Source of the DNA: Octopus vulgaris
Taxonomy: Eukaryota
DNA: 64,000 bases
Reading direction: 5' to 3'
NCBI GenBank assembly: GCA_951406725.2
Contig: OX597815.1
Coordinates: 79,298,001 to 79,362,000 of the forward strand
This document shows, piece after piece, positions 14,024-64,000 of this stretch. The translations under genes were made by a program, and so were the position numbers. Under the pieces are notes generated by a model. It made no database searches. It saw only the letters and a list, made by a program, of their open reading frames with translations, and was not told the origin of the DNA. Positions within the stretch are counted from its first letter, which is position 1, and each line of letters begins with the position of its first letter.

Positions 14024-14497
14024 TTGCTGTCTTCCACATGAATTCCTTTATGGAGTTCTGAAACCCCCTTTACCCCATTTCTACAATTAGAAAATCTTTA
14101 TTGCTTCCTTCAACTTACTTCTCCCTCTCACAACCTTACAGCAGTCTGGAACAACCAAATTTTAGTCAGTCAGTGGAGGGACTCCACTACCTCATATGTT
14201 CTTAAAATTTAAATCCACATCTTTGTCTATATATCTACCTTCTCTATAATGTTGCCACTTGATTTGAAAATTTTTGTATTAATGGAAAACCTCTATAATT
14301 GGCTGATGAGTACTCAGCATCTTAAATCTGTTGTAATACTTACAACATTTAATAAGATGAATTAGTACGAAACGATTGTACCAAATTACCGGAGTCATTC
14401 TTGTTGCTTATTTTGATTATAATCACCCCATGGATTTTTATGGATAACACCATACAAAATTCTGGTGCATCTAAATTAAGTACCATATTCATCTGAA

Positions 14498-14500
<3 letters not shown>
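14021..14500 (+). mobile_element. Penelope-like pLTR / retrozyme-like fragment carrying the hammerhead, between (TA)n tracts
   Basis: Non-coding ~480-bp segment bounded by (TA)n arrays and containing a PLE-type hammerhead. The true 5' boundary is uncertain. Confidence 0.55.
14296..14388 (+). ncRNA. Type I minimal hammerhead ribozyme (Penelope-type) with extended stem II
   Basis: Stem I TAATTGG (14296-14302)/CCAA-A-TTA. Core CTGATGA 14303-14309. Stem II 14310-14368 (GTACT/AGTAC, CATCTTA/TAAGATG, TGTTGTAA/TTACAACA). GAAA 14369-14372. Stem III C-GATT-G. GUA triplet 14378-14380. Confidence 0.85.
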
Positions 14501-14545
<45 letters not shown>

Positions 14546-14836
14546 CATGTGTGTATATGTGTGTGAATGTATGTACGTGTATGTTATACATTTTCTCTAT
14601 TTCACTAATGAATAAAAGTTAAAAGGAAAACAAAACAAACAATATTCGAAATTAATACGAAAGTAATTTTTTTAAAAAATACCAGTGTGAACAGTTGAGT
14701 CCCCATAAAAACAATAATATTGATAATAATAGATACCAAAACTTTTCACTATTGATTGCTTCCAAAAAATCAACTAATATTGAAATATTAAAGAGGAATT
14801 AAAAATATAAAAAATAAAGAATTATATTAAAACCAT

Positions 14837-14901
<65 letters not shown>

Positions 14902-15840
14902 TTATGGCATATTCTGAAAAGAACATAGTAGAGTACAGTATAAAGCTTATCCACCTTCAGATTTACTCTGTGCTATCCAGTAGTATTGTATCATATATAT
15001 ATATATATATAAATATTAAAATTATAAATTAGGGTATCTATGAGATACCACCATGCTGAAAATAGCAGCCATGATCTGCTATTTCACATATATATATATA
15101 TAATGAAGAAGCAATTCTAATTTCAAAATAAAATGTTACACAGAGAAGTGGCTGAAAATGATTGAGTTCAAGAAATAATTTGGATGTGGTTGAAGTTATA
15201 GATTGTTCTCCACCTAAATCTTCTCTGATCTTTATATATAATATTGTGTGAATGTTGACTGGCGACTGTTGGTGCTGCGACCTATGGATCAATTTCAATA
15301 TATAATTTAGATTCCCCCTTCTGCCACAATTTTTCTCACTTTTTTTTAATATACTTTTTGTAGATGCATTTGTGGCAAAAATAAAGAAATTTTTATTATT
15401 ACTATCATCATCATTATTATTATTATTATTATAATTATTAGTAGTAGTATAGTCATTCAAGTTCATCTTTTTGCATATGTGTGTATATGTGTATGTTTTA
15501 ATTATTTTTTTGTTTTCTGTCTTTGAAATTTGAAATATTTTAAATAATTCAGGTTTGTATTGTCGAAAAGAATTTGGAGAGAAGAAAAATCCAACCTCAA
15601 TCTGTTGTCTGCCTGACTCATTTCACCATGCCTTATAGTAGAATTTTATAGGCTGAGCTTGTTGGTATGATTGTATATATGTGGTAACTGCCTTGAGTAG
15701 ATGAGTGCGCATTTCTTAAGGTGGGAGTATATATGTGTGTGTATGTATTTGTGTGCATGTATATTTATATATATTTGAAGTACGGATGGGTAAATGAGTG
15801 TATATATATCTTGAGAAGGCAAATGTGAATTCTTTTATGA

Positions 15841-15898
<58 letters not shown>

Positions 15899-16581
15899 AA
15901 GAGTGTTGTGTGTTGATGTGTATGCATGAATGCTTGTATGTTTATTTGAGCATGTGTGCTGACCTATTCAATTGTAATCGTATGTTTACTAATATATGCA
16001 CACAGACGTATGCTTACTTGCATATGTTTGCAGGCAGTGTGATTTTGTGCAAGTAAATGTTTATGTGAGTGTATACGGCAATGAGCTTTTTGTACACTTA
16101 ACACGAGGAATGTATAATAATATGGAGAAAATGAACAACAGAAACAAAAAGAGAGGAGAGATGTAGAAAGAAAAGGAGGAAGAAGAGACAAAGAGTAGGG
16201 AAAGTGGGGAGAGAGAGAAAGAGAGAGAGCGTATCAATTTTCATATCATTATTATTGTTATTATTTTAATTATTATTATTAAATACTTTTCATCATGTTT
16301 GCATTTGATGTGTATAAAAAAAAAAAAATCTCAAAATCCGAAATAGATTTTGTCCATTCTAGTTGTAAATTCCACACTGGAATAAAGTGTAATCAAACAC
16401 TTCATACAGTACATACATACATATATGTATATACATATACATATACATACATACACGCACACATACATTCAGATGTGATACCAATGTTTTAATATAGTAA
16501 GGAGTGGAGAGATGCTCTCCCTCCAAACATGTCGATCCCTTTCCACAGTCGGTGTCCTAGTGCTGTCTCAATCAGCTTTAA

Positions 16582-61058
<44,477 letters not shown>

Positions 61059-61859
61059 CTATGCATACATAAAAGAAAAGTAAATGAATAAGATACATAA
61101 ACTTGAAAATTGTAACAAAACAAGCAAATGACAAATAAAATTTAGAGGAAAAAATACACAAAAAAATTTTGAAAGGTGAAATATATATATAGTTTACTGA
61201 TATCAAAAAGTAAAGTTATTTTGCTGTAAGAGATTTTGATATTTATTACTTAGTAATATTCATATATTTGTGGGTGGTATTTAGAAAACAGAAAAAAATC
61301 TACAATAACAGTTCTCCATATGAAAACATATTTAATATTTATAACATTAATATGCTTAAAATGTATTTAGACTTACTGGAAAATATACTTCCACTTTATG
61401 GGTGAGCTAATTAACTCATAGAACTTGTTGAAGAACTGTAGGGGTTATAACCCAAATATTACCAAAATGCATTAAAATTATTTTTAACTTAAGGATATGT
61501 GTTACATTAAATATGTGATTTACTTAGAAATTAATACTAATTATTTTCAAAAGACACCCAATATAAAATACGGTATTAAAATAATTCTGTATCAACAAAA
61601 TGTAATTTTAGAAGAAAAACAAATTAAATTAACATAAAACACAAAAGCAAGGAGAAAAAAAATCAGCTAAATTTTGGAAAACATATTTTACTCTCCGTTT
61701 GCAGATGGAATAGCCTTGAAAAATGTCATATAATATTAAGCAGTCTTTAATTTTACAAATTTGACTTGCCATACTCAAAATATATCTACATGTGAGCCCA
61801 TATTTGTGCAAGCAGGCATGAATGAATCTGATACAATATCCATTTTGGCTAAGAAGTGG

Positions 61860-61964
61860 GACAGATGTCTCCAAATCTCTAAAAGACTCCAGATGTCTCC
61901 AAATCTCTAAAAGACAGATATCTCCAAATCTCTAAAAGACACATGTCTCCAAATCTCTAAAACA
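61860..61964. repeat. Tandem repeat, 4 x ~25 bp (CAGATGTCTCCAAATCTCTAAAAGA)
   Basis: Direct reading. Confidence 0.92.
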
Positions 61965-62519
61965 CTGAATCAAAAATTTTGCAAAATCTACAGCATCAAA
62001 GCTTGCATAGAAAACAGAGATGTAGAGCAAAAAAACAAAAAAAAACAAAACTAAAACTCTCCTCACAAAGAGCATCACAATTAATATATACAATGATGCT
62101 ATGAAGGGTAACTGTGGTACACAAAACTCCTACCCAAAAGTCTAGCAGGACTTTAACAGAAATCAGTGAAAGCAGGTTTGAATGAAAGGGAAAATACAAT
62201 ACAATAAACATCAGATACAATGTTATTTGAACTGCAAATTAAAAAGGGCAAACAAAATAAACAGACAAATAAACAACAAAAAAGTCTCCAAAAATCTATT
62301 CCATTTCCCCTAACATCATTTTATATTTTTAAAAAATATGCTATATTTCATGAAGCTTTCTGTTTTACAAGCTAACATAAATAATACTCTAGAATTAGTT
62401 TGCTTTTGATGGTCTTTTCATTAATTACCAAAGAAATGGAATGTAAATTGGATATCAGCAACAATTAAATTTAGAAATGACAAATAATGGCTATCATAAC
62501 ACAGTAGGCTCAAAACTGT

Positions 62520-62945
62520 ACCCTGACACAAATAACACCACCACTTTCTCCATTCTCATCAACTGCACAGGCTTTGCCAAATCTGAGTATATTCAGAGAC
62601 ACAATCAGAGACAGCAGTGTTGTCCACTGGGCAACAGGCCAACATTTGAACATTAGGTACAAGCATGTAACCAACACAATACATAACAACAAGTCTGTCA
62701 CCAACATCTGAGGTATGTTTATCTAAACTAATAAAAAGATCAAGACAAACTATCCAGACATAATAATCAACACTAGGATGAAAATATCTGTGTGCCGACA
62801 AACATCTTAATCTCCTCAAACCAAAACATTATATGATAGGACATGGAGAAACTATGAAAGTACAAAGACCTGGTAACTGAAATGAAAAGGATGTGGGACG
62901 TGAAAATAAAAAGAGTACCAATAACAACTGGAGTATAAGGTAAGA
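62520..62945 (+). mobile_element. R4/Dong-like REL endonuclease relic
   Basis: KYKDLVTEMKRMWDVKIKRVPITTG matches the KY.DL..E...W......VP...G motif. Confidence 0.55.
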
Positions 62946-64000
62946 TTTTTTTTTTTAAATGAACAAAACATACAAACCATACCAAGCCTAACAATAGTAC
63001 ATATAATCTAAAAAAAAAGTAGCTCTGCTAGACACAACCACATCCTACACAAGATACTTTCAGTTAAACAGTAAAATTCGAACAATATACCCTCTGCACA
63101 AAAGACATACCCAACATAATAATCACCAAATAAAATAACACAACATAATCTACATGATCAATACCTAATAAAGAAAACACATACCTACATAACTGATCCT
63201 ACACACTTCACATTCTTTACAGCAGCAACTTGTAAATGTTATGCAAAGCACACAGTATATACTCTAAGCAATCACCATCTGACAATCAAACACATAATAT
63301 CAATCAGACAACACATACAAAACATAATCACCACCCAACAAAATAATACAGCTCACACTACAACATACTCTTCATAAAAAATGAAATGCTAAAACTGCAC
63401 CAGAATCCACTCCAAACCTCATAAGAAAGCAACATTGATGTAGTGTACAAACACAAGACCACTGTGAGTTTCTACGGTGAAGCAGTAGAAACTCATATAA
63501 AACTGTTGAAAATTCATAATTGATAACAGCAGCAATGACTTGTGTAGAGAAGGCGGTATTGCTGAGTGAATTAATTTTCTAGAACTAGGTTTTATTTTAT
63601 CATTTGCAGAGAATGGAAACAAAGTCGACTCAAGTAGATTTTCAAACTCATTTCATATAAAGATGAAACTATGTGTAGCATGCTATTTTACTACTTCAAA
63701 TAGAAATTTTAAGGTCAGGTCTTTGTAGCATACTAACAGTGTATACTTCCATTAATGGGAAATTTTGAATGAGAAGGCAGATAGATGAGTTTTACTCATC
63801 AATAGTCTTCAACTACTATCTTCCAAATGGGATATTACTTCACTCTGTCTCTTCAATAGCAGTGGCGTATGCTTCCCTGAACTAGCTAGCTTCAAATATC
63901 TCCAAACCATTCTTCTCACTCATGTTTTCTCAACCTATCACCACTGGCATACCTCAGTTTGCAGATTCAGTACTAAACACTTTGATCCAGGACTGCAAAG

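Noticed and set aside
15100-16581. Defined 3' UTR end / poly(A) site of CLINT1
   Set aside because: The region is probably 3' UTR, but AT richness makes AATAAA-like signals uninformative without transcript data.

Overview
Eukaryotic, AT-rich, repeat-dense genomic DNA. The SINE/LINE repertoire and long (TA)n tracts suggest an octopus/coleoid cephalopod (inference). The only intact host gene is the 3' part of a minus-strand CLINT1/epsinR (clathrin interactor 1) orthologue. I hand-assembled 10 GT-AG coding exons (61058 to 16582) whose phases chain without a break into about 475 C-terminal residues ending ...QAFSDFGNVMK*. The ENTH-domain exons must lie beyond the right edge. The rest is transposon debris: a Buster-type hAT transposase relic, hAT and piggyBac MITEs with TSDs, two mariners, a Merlin with a 9-bp TSD, a solo LTR, Helitron/HINE-like elements, RTE, CR1/Jockey-like, R4/Dong-like, Tx1-like and Penelope relics, and many SINEs. 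The most notable observations are four. (1) A complete Penelope-type minimal hammerhead ribozyme with an oversized stem II (14296-14388). (2) Long palindromes (51258-51633, 26564-26886, 1-247) that seem to be built around the same hammerhead stem II + GAAA-palindrome architecture. (3) A U6 snRNA/LINE-tail chimeric retrocopy nested in a hAT MITE. (4) A candidate poly-Ala cassette exon of CLINT1 with downstream Rbfox motifs. Repeat boundaries without TSD/TIR support are approximate, and family names come from motif recognition, not database searches.
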